NCBI RefSeq assembly: GCF_058153355.1
Contig: NZ_CM177019.1
Direction: 5' to 3' (one strand)
Length of the DNA stretch: 64,000 nt
The number at the start of each line of letters is the position of its first letter. Position 1 is the first letter of the stretch. The translations under genes and the position numbers were made by a program. This document shows positions 25,745 to 35,295 of this stretch, piece by piece. The notes beneath the pieces are model-generated. The model was not told the DNA's origin. It saw only the letters and a program-made list of their open reading frames with translations, and searched no databases.

Positions 25745-27991
25745 ATGCTCACTCGCCTGCGCGAAATAGTCGAAAAGGTAGCCAGCGCACCACGCCTGAA
25801 TGAGGCGTTAAATATTCTGGTTACCGACATCTGTCTTGCGATGGATACCGAGGTCTGTTCGGTCTACCTAGCCGATCATGACCGACGTTGTTACTACCTG
25901 ATGGCGACCCGGGGGCTGAAAAAACCACGCGGTCGCACTGTAACGCTTGCGTTTGATGAAGGGATCGTCGGCCTGGTTGGCAGGCTGGCGGAACCGATAA
26001 ACCTTGCAGATGCGCAAAAGCACCCCAGCTTCAAATACATCCCCTCCGTAAAAGAAGAACGTTTCCGCGCGTTTTTAGGCGTACCAATTATTCAACGTCG
26101 CCAGTTGCTTGGTGTACTGGTGGTACAGCAACGAGAGTTGCGCCAGTATGACGAAAGTGAAGAATCCTTCCTGGTGACGCTTGCCACCCAGATGGCAGCG
26201 ATTCTTTCTCAATCGCAGTTGACTGCCTTGTTTGGGCAATATCGCCAGACGCGAATCCGTGCATTACCGGCAGCGCCTGGTGTGGCGATTGCCGAAGGCT
26301 GGCAGGATGCCACGTTACCTTTAATGGAACAGGTGTATCAGGCATCAACGCTGGATCCGGCTCTGGAACGCGAACGACTGACCGGGGCGCTGGAAGAAGC
26401 GGCAAACGAGTTTCGCCGCTACAGCAAACGCTTTGCCGCCGGTGCACAAAAAGAAACGGCGGCTATTTTCGATCTTTACTCGCACCTGCTTTCGGACACC
26501 CGGCTGCGTCGCGAATTGTTTGCCGAGGTTGATAAAGGCTCGGTGGCAGAGTGGGCGGTAAAAACGGTCATTGAAAAATTTGCCGAACAGTTTGCCGCGC
26601 TAAGCGATAACTATCTCAAAGAGCGGGCTGGCGATTTACGTGCGCTGGGTCAGCGATTGCTGTTTCATCTTGATGACGCTAATCAAGGGCCGAACGCCTG
26701 GCCGGAACGTTTCATTCTGGTGGCAGATGAACTGTCAGCGACAACGCTTGCTGAGCTGCCCCAGGATCGCTTAGTCGGTGTTGTCGTGCGAGATGGCGCA
26801 GCCAACTCCCATGCTGCGATCATGGTACGTGCGCTGGGGATCCCTACCGTAATGGGCGCGGATATTCAGCCTTCGGTGCTGCATCGTCGGACGTTGATCG
26901 TCGATGGTTATCGCGGTGAATTGCTGGTCGATCCGGAGCCGGTACTGCTGCAAGAATATCAGCGGCTAATTAGTGAAGAGATTGAGCTTAGCCGTCTGGC
27001 GGAAGATGACGTCAATTTACCCGCCCAGTTAAAAAGCGGCGAGCGCATTAAAGTCATGCTCAATGCCGGTTTAAGCCCGGAACATGAACAAAAACTGGGC
27101 AGCCGTATTGATGGCATAGGACTTTATCGCACTGAAATCCCATTCATGTTGCAAAGTGGTTTTCCGTCGGAAGAAGAACAGGTGGCGCAGTATCAGGGGA
27201 TGCTGCAAATGTTCAATGATAAACCCGTCACCTTGCGTACGCTGGATGTCGGAGCAGATAAGCAGCTGCCTTACATGCCGATCAGCGAAGAGAATCCATG
27301 CCTGGGTTGGCGTGGGATTCGCATTACGCTCGATCAGCCGGAGATCTTCTTGATTCAGGTGCGGGCGATGCTGCGTGCTAATGCCGCTACGGGCAACCTG
27401 AATATTCTGTTGCCGATGGTCACCAGCCTCGATGAAGTTGACGAAGCACGCCGCCTGATTGAACGTGCCGGACGTGAAGTCGAGGAGATGATCGGTTACG
27501 AAATTCCCAAACCACGTATCGGCATCATGCTTGAAGTGCCGTCAATGGTATTTATGCTGCCGCATCTGGCAAAGCGGGTCGATTTTATCTCTGTTGGCAC
27601 CAACGATCTGACTCAATACATCCTGGCCGTTGATCGCAACAATACCCGGGTGGCGAACATTTATGACAGTCTTCATCCTGCAATGTTACGAGCTCTGGCG
27701 ATGATCGCTCGGGAAGCGGAAATACATGGCATCGATCTCCGTTTGTGCGGTGAAATGGCAGGCGATCCCATGTGCGTGGCAATCCTCATTGGGCTTGGCT
27801 ATCGCCATCTGTCTATGAACGGACGGTCTGTTGCGCGCGTAAAATACCTGCTGCGGCGCATTGATTTTGCCGAAGCAGAAAACCTTGCGCAGCGCAGTCT
27901 GGAAGCGCAACTGGCGACCGAAGTTCGCCATCAGGTTGCGGCCTTTATGGAGCGTCGCGGCATGGGCGGGTTGATTCGCGGAGGGTTATAG
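25745..27991 (+). CDS. ptsP: Nitrogen-PTS enzyme I (EI-Ntr) with N-terminal GAF domain
   Basis: 748-aa ORF, PEP-utilising enzyme family. Confidence 0.92.
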   Translation: MLTRLREIVEKVASAPRLNEALNILVTDICLAMDTEVCSVYLADHDRRCYYLMATRGLKKPRGRTVTLAFDEGIVGLVGRLAEPINLADAQKHPSFKYIPSVKEERFRAFLGVPIIQRRQLLGVLVVQQRELRQYDESEESFLVTLATQMAAILSQSQLTALFGQYRQTRIRALPAAPGVAIAEGWQDATLPLMEQVYQASTLDPALERERLTGALEEAANEFRRYSKRFAAGAQKETAAIFDLYSHLLSDTRLRRELFAEVDKGSVAEWAVKTVIEKFAEQFAALSDNYLKERAGDLRALGQRLLFHLDDANQGPNAWPERFILVADELSATTLAELPQDRLVGVVVRDGAANSHAAIMVRALGIPTVMGADIQPSVLHRRTLIVDGYRGELLVDPEPVLLQEYQRLISEEIELSRLAEDDVNLPAQLKSGERIKVMLNAGLSPEHEQKLGSRIDGIGLYRTEIPFMLQSGFPSEEEQVAQYQGMLQMFNDKPVTLRTLDVGADKQLPYMPISEENPCLGWRGIRITLDQPEIFLIQVRAMLRANAATGNLNILLPMVTSLDEVDEARRLIERAGREVEEMIGYEIPKPRIGIMLEVPSMVFMLPHLAKRVDFISVGTNDLTQYILAVDRNNTRVANIYDSLHPAMLRALAMIAREAEIHGIDLRLCGEMAGDPMCVAILIGLGYRHLSMNGRSVARVKYLLRRIDFAEAENLAQRSLEAQLATEVRHQVAAFMERRGMGGLIRGGL

Positions 27992-28141
27992 CGCGGATCA
28001 TATACATATCTTTTAACGGTATCCGGCAACCAGCCAGGTCCCCTTGTGCTATTATTCGCACCTTTGGAGCGCCTGAAACCTGCGGCGCGCATTTCAATCG
28101 CTGTTCTCTTTCAGCGAAATAACAAGAACTTGTGGTGACAG

Positions 28142-29017
28142 ATGACCAGTAGCTATCTGCATTTTCCGGAGTTTGATCCGGTCATTTTCTCAATAGGACC
28201 CGTAGCGCTTCACTGGTACGGCCTGATGTATCTGGTGGGTTTCATTTTTGCAATGTGGCTGGCAACACGTCGGGCGAATCGTCCGGGCAGCGGCTGGACC
28301 AAAAATGAAGTTGAAAACTTACTCTATGCGGGCTTCCTCGGCGTCTTCCTCGGTGGACGTATTGGTTATGTTCTGTTCTACAACTTCCCGCAGTTTATGG
28401 CCGATCCGCTGTATCTTTTCCGTGTCTGGGACGGCGGCATGTCCTTCCACGGCGGCCTGATTGGCGTTATCGTGGTGATGATTATCTTCGCCCGCCGTAC
28501 TAAACGTTCCTTCTTCCAAGTTTCTGATTTTATCGCACCACTCATTCCGTTTGGTCTTGGTGCCGGGCGTCTGGGCAACTTTATTAACGGTGAATTGTGG
28601 GGCCGCGTTGATCCGAACTTCCCGTTTGCCATGCTGTTCCCCGGCTCCCGTACAGAAGATATTTTGCTGCTGCAAACCAACCCGCAGTGGCAATCCATTT
28701 TCGACACTTACGGAGTGCTGCCGCGCCACCCATCACAGCTTTACGAGCTGCTGCTGGAAGGTGTGGTGCTGTTTATTATCCTCAACCTGTATATTCGTAA
28801 ACCGCGCCCAATGGGAGCTGTCTCAGGTTTGTTCCTGATTGGCTACGGCGCGTTTCGCATCATTGTTGAGTTTTTCCGCCAGCCCGACGCGCAGTTTACC
28901 GGTGCCTGGGTGCAGTACATCAGCATGGGACAAATTCTTTCCATCCCGATGATTGTCGCGGGTGTGATCATGATGGTCTGGGCATATCGTCGCAGCCCAC
29001 AGCAACACGTTTCCTGA
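28142..29017 (+). CDS. lgt: Prolipoprotein diacylglyceryl transferase
   Basis: 291-aa multi-TM ORF matching Lgt. Confidence 0.92.
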
Positions 29018-29023
29018 GGAACC

Positions 29024-29818
29024 ATGAAACAGTATTTAGAACTGATGCAAAAAGTGCTCGACGAAGGCACACAGAAAAACGACCGTACCGGAACCGGAAC
29101 GCGTTCCATTTTTGGTCATCAGATGCGTTTTAACCTGCAGGATGGATTCCCGCTGGTGACAACCAAACGTTGCCACCTGCGTTCCATCATCCACGAACTG
29201 CTGTGGTTCTTGCAGGGCGACACTAACATTGCTTATCTACACGAAAACAATGTCACCATCTGGGACGAATGGGCCGATGAAAATGGCGACCTCGGTCCGG
29301 TGTATGGTAAACAGTGGCGTGCCTGGCCAACGCCAGATGGTCGTCATATTGACCAGATCACTACGGTACTGAACCAGCTGAAAAACGACCCGGATTCCCG
29401 CCGCATTATTGTTTCAGCGTGGAACGTTGGTGAACTGGATAAAATGGCGCTGGCACCGTGCCATGCATTCTTCCAGTTCTATGTGGCAGACGGCAAACTC
29501 TCTTGCCAGCTTTATCAGCGCTCCTGTGACGTCTTCCTCGGCCTGCCATTTAACATTGCCAGCTATGCGTTACTGGTACATATGATGGCGCAGCAGTGCG
29601 ATCTGGAAGTGGGTGATTTTGTCTGGACCGGTGGCGACACGCACCTGTACAGCAATCATATGGATCAAACCCATTTGCAATTAAGCCGTGAACCGCGCCC
29701 GCTGCCGAAGCTGATTATCAAACGTAAACCTGAATCCATCTTCGACTACCGTTTCGAAGACTTTGAGATTGAAGGCTACGATCCGCATCCGGGCATTAAA
29801 GCGCCGGTGGCTATCTAA
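29024..29818 (+). CDS. thyA: Thymidylate synthase
   Basis: 264-aa ORF with active-site region …[12 protein letters not shown]…. Confidence 0.95.
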   Translation: MKQYLELMQKVLDEGTQKNDRTGTGTRSIFGHQMRFNLQDGFPLVTTKRCHLRSIIHELLWFLQGDTNIAYLHENNVTIWDEWADENGDLGPVYGKQWRAWPTPDGRHIDQITTVLNQLKNDPDSRRIIVSAWNVGELDKMALAPCHAFFQFYVADGKLSCQLYQRSCDVFLGLPFNIASYALLVHMMAQQCDLEVGDFVWTGGDTHLYSNHMDQTHLQLSREPRPLPKLIIKRKPESIFDYRFEDFEIEGYDPHPGIKAPVAI

Positions 29819-29838
29819 TTACGAAACATCCTGCCAGA

Positions 29839-29867
29839 GCCGACGCCAGTGTGCGTCGGTTTTTTTT
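29839..29867 (+). terminator. Rho-independent terminator downstream of thyA
   Basis: GC-rich hairpin GCCGACGC-CAGTGT-GCGTCGG followed by T7 run. Confidence 0.7.
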
Positions 29868-30002
29868 ACCCTCCGTTAAATTCTTCGAGACGCCTTCCCG
29901 AAATTTTGCAACCTCCTGCAACGGCGTAAATAGTCCGGAAGATGCGCCGAAGAAATAGAAACTGGCCCTCGTCTTTTTTTCTCCTCGCTCCATACTGCCG
30001 GC

Positions 30003-30473
30003 ATGAAAACACAACGTGGTTATACGCTGATTGAAACGCTGGTCGCGATGCTGATTCTGGTCATGCTAAGCGCAAGTGGACTCTATGGCTGGCAATACTG
30101 GCAGCAGTCGCAACGGCTATGGCAAACCGCCAGCCAGGCGCGGGACTATTTGCTCTATTTACGTGAAGATGCCAACTGGCATAACCGCGACCACAGTATC
30201 AGCGTTATCAGGGAGGGGGCGTTATGGTGCCTTGTGAGTTCCGCGGCTGGGGCCAATACCTGTCATGGCAGTTCACCATTGGTCTTTGTGCCACGCTGGC
30301 CCGAAGTCGAAATGAGCGACCTGACACCTTCGCTTGCTTTCTTTGGCCTGCGCAATACCGCATGGGCCGGGCATATTCGCTTTAAAAACTCAACGGGCGA
30401 GTGGTGGCTGGTGGTTTCGCCGTGGGGAAGACTCCGGCTTTGTCAGCAAGGAGAAACAGAAGGATGCCTGTAA
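30003..30473 (+). CDS. ppdA: Prepilin peptidase-dependent pseudopilin-like protein A
   Basis: N-terminal type IV prepilin-like leader and hydrophobic segment ([22 protein letters not shown]…). Confidence 0.85.
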   Translation: MKTQRGYTLIETLVAMLILVMLSASGLYGWQYWQQSQRLWQTASQARDYLLYLREDANWHNRDHSISVIREGALWCLVSSAAGANTCHGSSPLVFVPRWPEVEMSDLTPSLAFFGLRNTAWAGHIRFKNSTGEWWLVVSPWGRLRLCQQGETEGCL

Positions 30474-31027
30474 AAGAGCTAGGTTTTTCTCTGCTGGAAG
30501 TGTTGATTGCTATGGCGATCAGTAGCGTATTGTTGCTGGGGGCTGCACGCTTTCTGCCCGCGTTACAGCATGAAAGTTTAACGAGCACCCGTAAGCTGGC
30601 GCTGGAAGATGAAATCTGGCTGCGGGTCTTTACTGTCGCGAAGCATCTCCAGAGGGCGGGTTATTGTCATGGCAACTGTACTGGCGAAGGGCTGGAAATT
30701 GTCGGACAGGGTGACTGTATCATTGTGCAGTGGGATGCGAACAGTAACGGTATCTGGGATCGCGATCCGGTAAAAGAGTCTGACCAGATTGCATTTCGTG
30801 TGAAGGAGCATGTGCTGGAAACGCTACGCGGTGCGACATCCTGTGAAGGTAAGGGCTGGGATAAAGTCACTAATCCGGATGCCATCATTATCGACACTTT
30901 TCAGGTTACCCGACAGGATGTCAGCGGTTTCTCGCCGGTGTTGACGGTTAATATGCATGCTGCCAGCAAGGCTGATCCACAAACTGTGGTGGATGCCAGC
31001 TATAGCGTGACAGGATTCAACCTGTGA
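30464..31027 (+). CDS. ppdB: Prepilin peptidase-dependent protein B
   Basis: [26 protein letters not shown]… prepilin-like N-terminus; overlaps ppdA. Confidence 0.85.
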   Translation: MPVKELGFSLLEVLIAMAISSVLLLGAARFLPALQHESLTSTRKLALEDEIWLRVFTVAKHLQRAGYCHGNCTGEGLEIVGQGDCIIVQWDANSNGIWDRDPVKESDQIAFRVKEHVLETLRGATSCEGKGWDKVTNPDAIIIDTFQVTRQDVSGFSPVLTVNMHAASKADPQTVVDASYSVTGFNL

Positions 31028-31431
31028 ACCGCGAAAAGGGTGTTTCGTCACTGGCTCTGGTCCTTATGCTGCTGGTTTTGGGTAGCTTGCTATTGCAAGG
31101 AATGAGTCAGCAGGATCGCAGTTTTGCCTCTCGCGTGAGCATGGAAAGTCAGTCATTGCGCCGCCAGGCCATCGTTCAGTCGACGCTGGAGTGGGGAAAA
31201 ATGCACGCCTGGCAGACGCAGCCCGCAGTTCAGTGCTTACTGTACGCTGCCACCGGTGCCCGGGTTTGTCTGCGTTTATTGGCAGATAATGAAGCCTTAT
31301 TGATTGCCGGTTATGAAGGCGTTTCGTTGTGGCGAACAGGCGAAGTCATCGATGGAAACATTGTTTTTTCGCCACGCGGCTGGAGCGATTTTTGTCCGCT
31401 GAAAGAGAGGGCGTTATGTCAGCTTCCCTGA
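31024..31431 (+). CDS. ygdB: DUF2509-family protein in the ppd operon
   Basis: 135-aa ORF with N-terminal hydrophobic segment, overlapping ppdB and ppdC. Confidence 0.8.
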   Translation: MNREKGVSSLALVLMLLVLGSLLLQGMSQQDRSFASRVSMESQSLRRQAIVQSTLEWGKMHAWQTQPAVQCLLYAATGARVCLRLLADNEALLIAGYEGVSLWRTGEVIDGNIVFSPRGWSDFCPLKERALCQLP

Positions 31432-31739
31432 AGAATCAACAAGGCTTTAGCCTGCCGGAGGTGATGTTGGCGATGGTGCTGATGGTGATGATTGTCACTG
31501 CGTTATCGGGTTTCCAGCGAACATTAATGAACAGTCTTGCCAGTAGAAACCAGTACCAACAGCTCTGGCGGCATGGCTGGCAGCAAACGCAACTGCGCGC
31601 GAATTCGCCACCTGCCCACTGGCAGGTCAACCGAATGCAGACATCGCAGGCGGGATGTGTCAGCATCAGCGTTACGCTAGTTTCACCCGGGGGCAGAGAA
31701 GGCGAGATGACCCGCCTGCATTGCCCGAATCGTCAGTAG
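31416..31739 (+). CDS. ppdC: Prepilin peptidase-dependent protein C
   Basis: [27 protein letters not shown]… prepilin-like N-terminus. Confidence 0.85.
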   Translation: MSASLKNQQGFSLPEVMLAMVLMVMIVTALSGFQRTLMNSLASRNQYQQLWRHGWQQTQLRANSPPAHWQVNRMQTSQAGCVSISVTLVSPGGREGEMTRLHCPNRQ

Positions 31740-31751
31740 TCAGGAGCCGCT

Positions 31752-34700
31752 ATGTTAAGGGTCTACCATTCCAATCGTCTGGACGTGCTGGAAGCGTTGA
31801 TGGAGTTTATTGTCGAACGCGAACGGCTGGACGATCCTTTCGAACCAGAGATGATTCTGGTGCAAAGTACCGGTATGGCGCAGTGGCTGCAAATGACCCT
31901 GTCGCAAAAGTTTGGTATTGCGGCAAACATTGATTTTCCGCTGCCAGCGAGCTTTATCTGGGATATGTTCGTCCGGGTGTTACCGGAGATACCCAAAGAG
32001 AGCGCCTTTAACAAACAGAGCATGAGCTGGAAACTGATGACTCTGCTGCCGCAATTGCTGGATCGCGAAGACTTTACCCTGTTGCGGCATTATCTGACTG
32101 ACGATAGCGACAAGCGAAAACTGTTCCAGCTTTCCTCTAAAGCGGCGGACCTGTTTGACCAGTATCTGGTCTATCGCCCGGACTGGCTGGCACAGTGGGA
32201 AGCCGGGAATCTGGTAGAAGGACTTGGAGAGGCGCAGGCCTGGCAAGCGCCGTTGTGGAAGGCGCTGGTGGAATATACCCATCAACTCGGGCAACCGCGC
32301 TGGCACCGCGCCAATCTCTATCAGCGCTTTATCGAAACGCTGGAGTCCGCGACGACCTGCCCGCCGGGGTTACCTTCGCGCGTCTTTATATGCGGTATTT
32401 CCGCGTTACCGCCTGTTTATCTCCAGGCGCTACAGGCGCTGGGTAAACATATTGAAATCCATCTCCTGTTTACCAACCCCTGCCGTTATTACTGGGGCGA
32501 CATTAAAGATCCTGCTTATCTGGCGAAACTGCTGACTCGCCAGCGCCGACACAGTTTTGAAGATCGCGAATTACCGCTATTTCGCGACAGCGAAAATGCC
32601 GGGCAGCTCTTTAACAGCGATGGTGAACAGGATGTCGGCAACCCGCTGCTGGCCTCATGGGGCAAGCTTGGGCGCGACTACATTTATCTCCTTTCTGATC
32701 TGGAGAGCAGCCAGGTGCTGGACGCTTTTGTCGATGTGACGCCAGATAACCTGCTGCATAACATTCAGTCTGACATTCTGGAACTGGAGAACCGCGCCGT
32801 TGCGGGTGTGAACATCGAAGAGTTTTCCCGTAGCGATAACAAACGCCCTCTTGATCCACTGGATAGCAGTATCACCTTCCACGTTTGCCATAGCCCGCAG
32901 CGTGAAGTTGAAGTTTTACACGATCGCTTGCTGGCGATGCTGGAGGAAGACCCGACACTGACTCCGCGCGACATCATCGTGATGGTGGCCGACATCGACA
33001 GCTACAGTCCGTTTATTCAGGCTGTGTTTGGTAGCGCACCTGCGGATCGTTACCTGCCTTACGCCATTTCCGACCGTCGGGCGCGGCAGTCGCATCCGGT
33101 ACTGGAAGCGTTTATCAGCCTGTTATCACTGCCTGACAGCCGATTTGTGTCGGAAGACGTGCTGGCATTACTGGATGTGCCGGTGCTGGCGGCGCGGTTT
33201 GACATCACCGAAGAAGGGCTGCGTTATTTACGTCAGTGGGTCAACGAGTCCGGCATTCGTTGGGGGATAGATGACGATAACGTTCGCGAGCTGGAACTTC
33301 CCGCCACCGGTCAACACACCTGGCGGTTTGGCCTGACGCGCATGTTGCTGGGCTACGCGATGGAAAGCGCGCAGGGCGAGTGGCAATCGGTTCTGCCTTA
33401 TGATGAATCGAGCGGCTTAATTGCAGAACTGGTGGGGCATCTGGCTTCACTGCTAATGCAGCTAAACATCTGGCGTCGCGGGCTGGCGCAGGAGCGTCCG
33501 CTGGAAGAGTGGTTGCCGGTTTGTCGCGATATGCTCAACGCCTTCTTCCTGCCGGATGCGGAAACCGAAGCGGCGATGACGCTGATCGAACAACAATGGC
33601 AGGCGATTATCGCCGAAGGTTTAGGTGCGCAGTATGGCGACGCGGTGCCGTTGTCACTATTGCGTGATGAACTGGCACAACGTCTGGATCAGGAACGTAT
33701 CAGCCAGCGTTTTCTCGCCGGGCCGGTTAACATTTGTACTCTGATGCCAATGCGTTCCATCCCATTCAGAGTGGTTTGCCTGCTGGGAATGAACGACGGC
33801 GTTTACCCACGCCAGCTTGCGCCATTGGGCTTTGACCTGATGAGTCAGAAACCGAAACGCGGCGACCGTAGCCGTCGCGATGACGACCGCTATCTGTTCC
33901 TGGAAGCGTTAATTTCCGCGCAGCAAAAACTTTATATCAGCTATATCGGGCGTTCCATTCAGGATAACAGTGAACGTTTCCCGTCGGTACTGGTGCAGGA
34001 ACTGATCGACTACATCGGGCAAAGCCATTATCTACCGGGCGATGAAGCGCTCAATTGTGATGAAAGCGAGGCGAGGGTAAAAGCGCATCTTACTTGCCTC
34101 CATACCCGGATGCCGTTTGACCCGCAAAACTACCAGCCCGGTAACTTACAAAGCTATGCGCGCGAGTGGCTACCCGCGGCCAGTCAGGCAGGTAAGGCGC
34201 ATTCTGAATTTGTTCAGCCGCTGCCGTTTACCTTGCCGGAAACCGTGCCGCTGGAGACGCTACAACGATTCTGGGCGCATCCGGTGCGGGCGTTTTTCCA
34301 GATGCGCTTGCAGGTGAACTTCCGTACCGAAGATAGCGAAATTCCCGACACCGAACCTTTTATTCTTGAAGGGCTTAGTCGTTATCAAATCAACCAGCAG
34401 TTATTGAATGCTCTGGTCGAGCAAGATGATGCCGATCGCTTATTCCGCCGCTTCCGGGCGGCAGGGGATTTACCGTATGGCGCTTTTGGTGAAATTTTCT
34501 GGGAAACACAGTGCCAGGAGATGCAGCAGCTTGCCGACAGAGTCATTGCCTGTCGCCAACCGGGGCAAAGTATGGAAATTGATCTCGCCTGCAACGGTGT
34601 GCAAATAACGGGTTGGTTGCCGCAGGTGCAGCCGGATGGCCTGTTACGCTGGCGTCCCTCTTTATTAAGTGTGGCGCAGGGAATGCAACTTTGGCTGGAA

Positions 34701-35120
34701 CACCTTGTCTACTGTGCCAGCGGTGGTAATGGTGAAAGTCGCCTTTTTCTACGCAAAGACGGCGAGTGGCGTTTTCCGCCGCTTGCAGCCGAACAGGCTT
34801 TACATTACCTCTCAGAACTGATTGAGGGGTATCGTGAAGGGATGTCCACGCCGCTGCTGGTGTTACCTGAAAGTGGCGGCGCGTGGCTAAAAACCTGTTA
34901 TGACGCGCAAAACGATGCCATGCTGGATGACGATTCCACGTTGCAAAAAGCCCGTACGAAATTCCTTCAGGCTTACGAAGGCAACATGATGGTGCGTGGC
35001 GAAGGTGATGATATCTGGTATCAACGGCTCTGGCGGCAATTAACACCAGAGACAATGGAAGCCATCGTTGAACAGTCGCAACGTTTCCTGTTACCGCTGT
35101 TTCGCTTTAATCAGTCATGA
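31752..35120 (+). CDS. recC: Exodeoxyribonuclease V gamma subunit RecC
   Basis: 1122-aa ORF matching RecC (MLRVYHSNRLDVLEALMEFIV…). Confidence 0.95.
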   Translation: MLRVYHSNRLDVLEALMEFIVERERLDDPFEPEMILVQSTGMAQWLQMTLSQKFGIAANIDFPLPASFIWDMFVRVLPEIPKESAFNKQSMSWKLMTLLPQLLDREDFTLLRHYLTDDSDKRKLFQLSSKAADLFDQYLVYRPDWLAQWEAGNLVEGLGEAQAWQAPLWKALVEYTHQLGQPRWHRANLYQRFIETLESATTCPPGLPSRVFICGISALPPVYLQALQALGKHIEIHLLFTNPCRYYWGDIKDPAYLAKLLTRQRRHSFEDRELPLFRDSENAGQLFNSDGEQDVGNPLLASWGKLGRDYIYLLSDLESSQVLDAFVDVTPDNLLHNIQSDILELENRAVAGVNIEEFSRSDNKRPLDPLDSSITFHVCHSPQREVEVLHDRLLAMLEEDPTLTPRDIIVMVADIDSYSPFIQAVFGSAPADRYLPYAISDRRARQSHPVLEAFISLLSLPDSRFVSEDVLALLDVPVLAARFDITEEGLRYLRQWVNESGIRWGIDDDNVRELELPATGQHTWRFGLTRMLLGYAMESAQGEWQSVLPYDESSGLIAELVGHLASLLMQLNIWRRGLAQERPLEEWLPVCRDMLNAFFLPDAETEAAMTLIEQQWQAIIAEGLGAQYGDAVPLSLLRDELAQRLDQERISQRFLAGPVNICTLMPMRSIPFRVVCLLGMNDGVYPRQLAPLGFDLMSQKPKRGDRSRRDDDRYLFLEALISAQQKLYISYIGRSIQDNSERFPSVLVQELIDYIGQSHYLPGDEALNCDESEARVKAHLTCLHTRMPFDPQNYQPGNLQSYAREWLPAASQAGKAHSEFVQPLPFTLPETVPLETLQRFWAHPVRAFFQMRLQVNFRTEDSEIPDTEPFILEGLSRYQINQQLLNALVEQDDADRLFRRFRAAGDLPYGAFGEIFWETQCQEMQQLADRVIACRQPGQSMEIDLACNGVQITGWLPQVQPDGLLRWRPSLLSVAQGMQLWLEHLVYCASGGNGESRLFLRKDGEWRFPPLAAEQALHYLSELIEGYREGMSTPLLVLPESGGAWLKTCYDAQNDAMLDDDSTLQKARTKFLQAYEGNMMVRGEGDDIWYQRLWRQLTPETMEAIVEQSQRFLLPLFRFNQS

Positions 35121-35295
35121 GTGCTGTATAAAAATTGCGCAATTCATCTGCTTACTTTATGATGCGCACCAGTCACGGACTGATGGTTAAATAGACATAG
35201 GCTGACTCGTGCAGCACAAGATTAAATTCTGCCGGATAATTTTCGTTAACGTATTGAATCTGGTTAGAAAATAAAGTTGATAATGAGGTCCGTGA

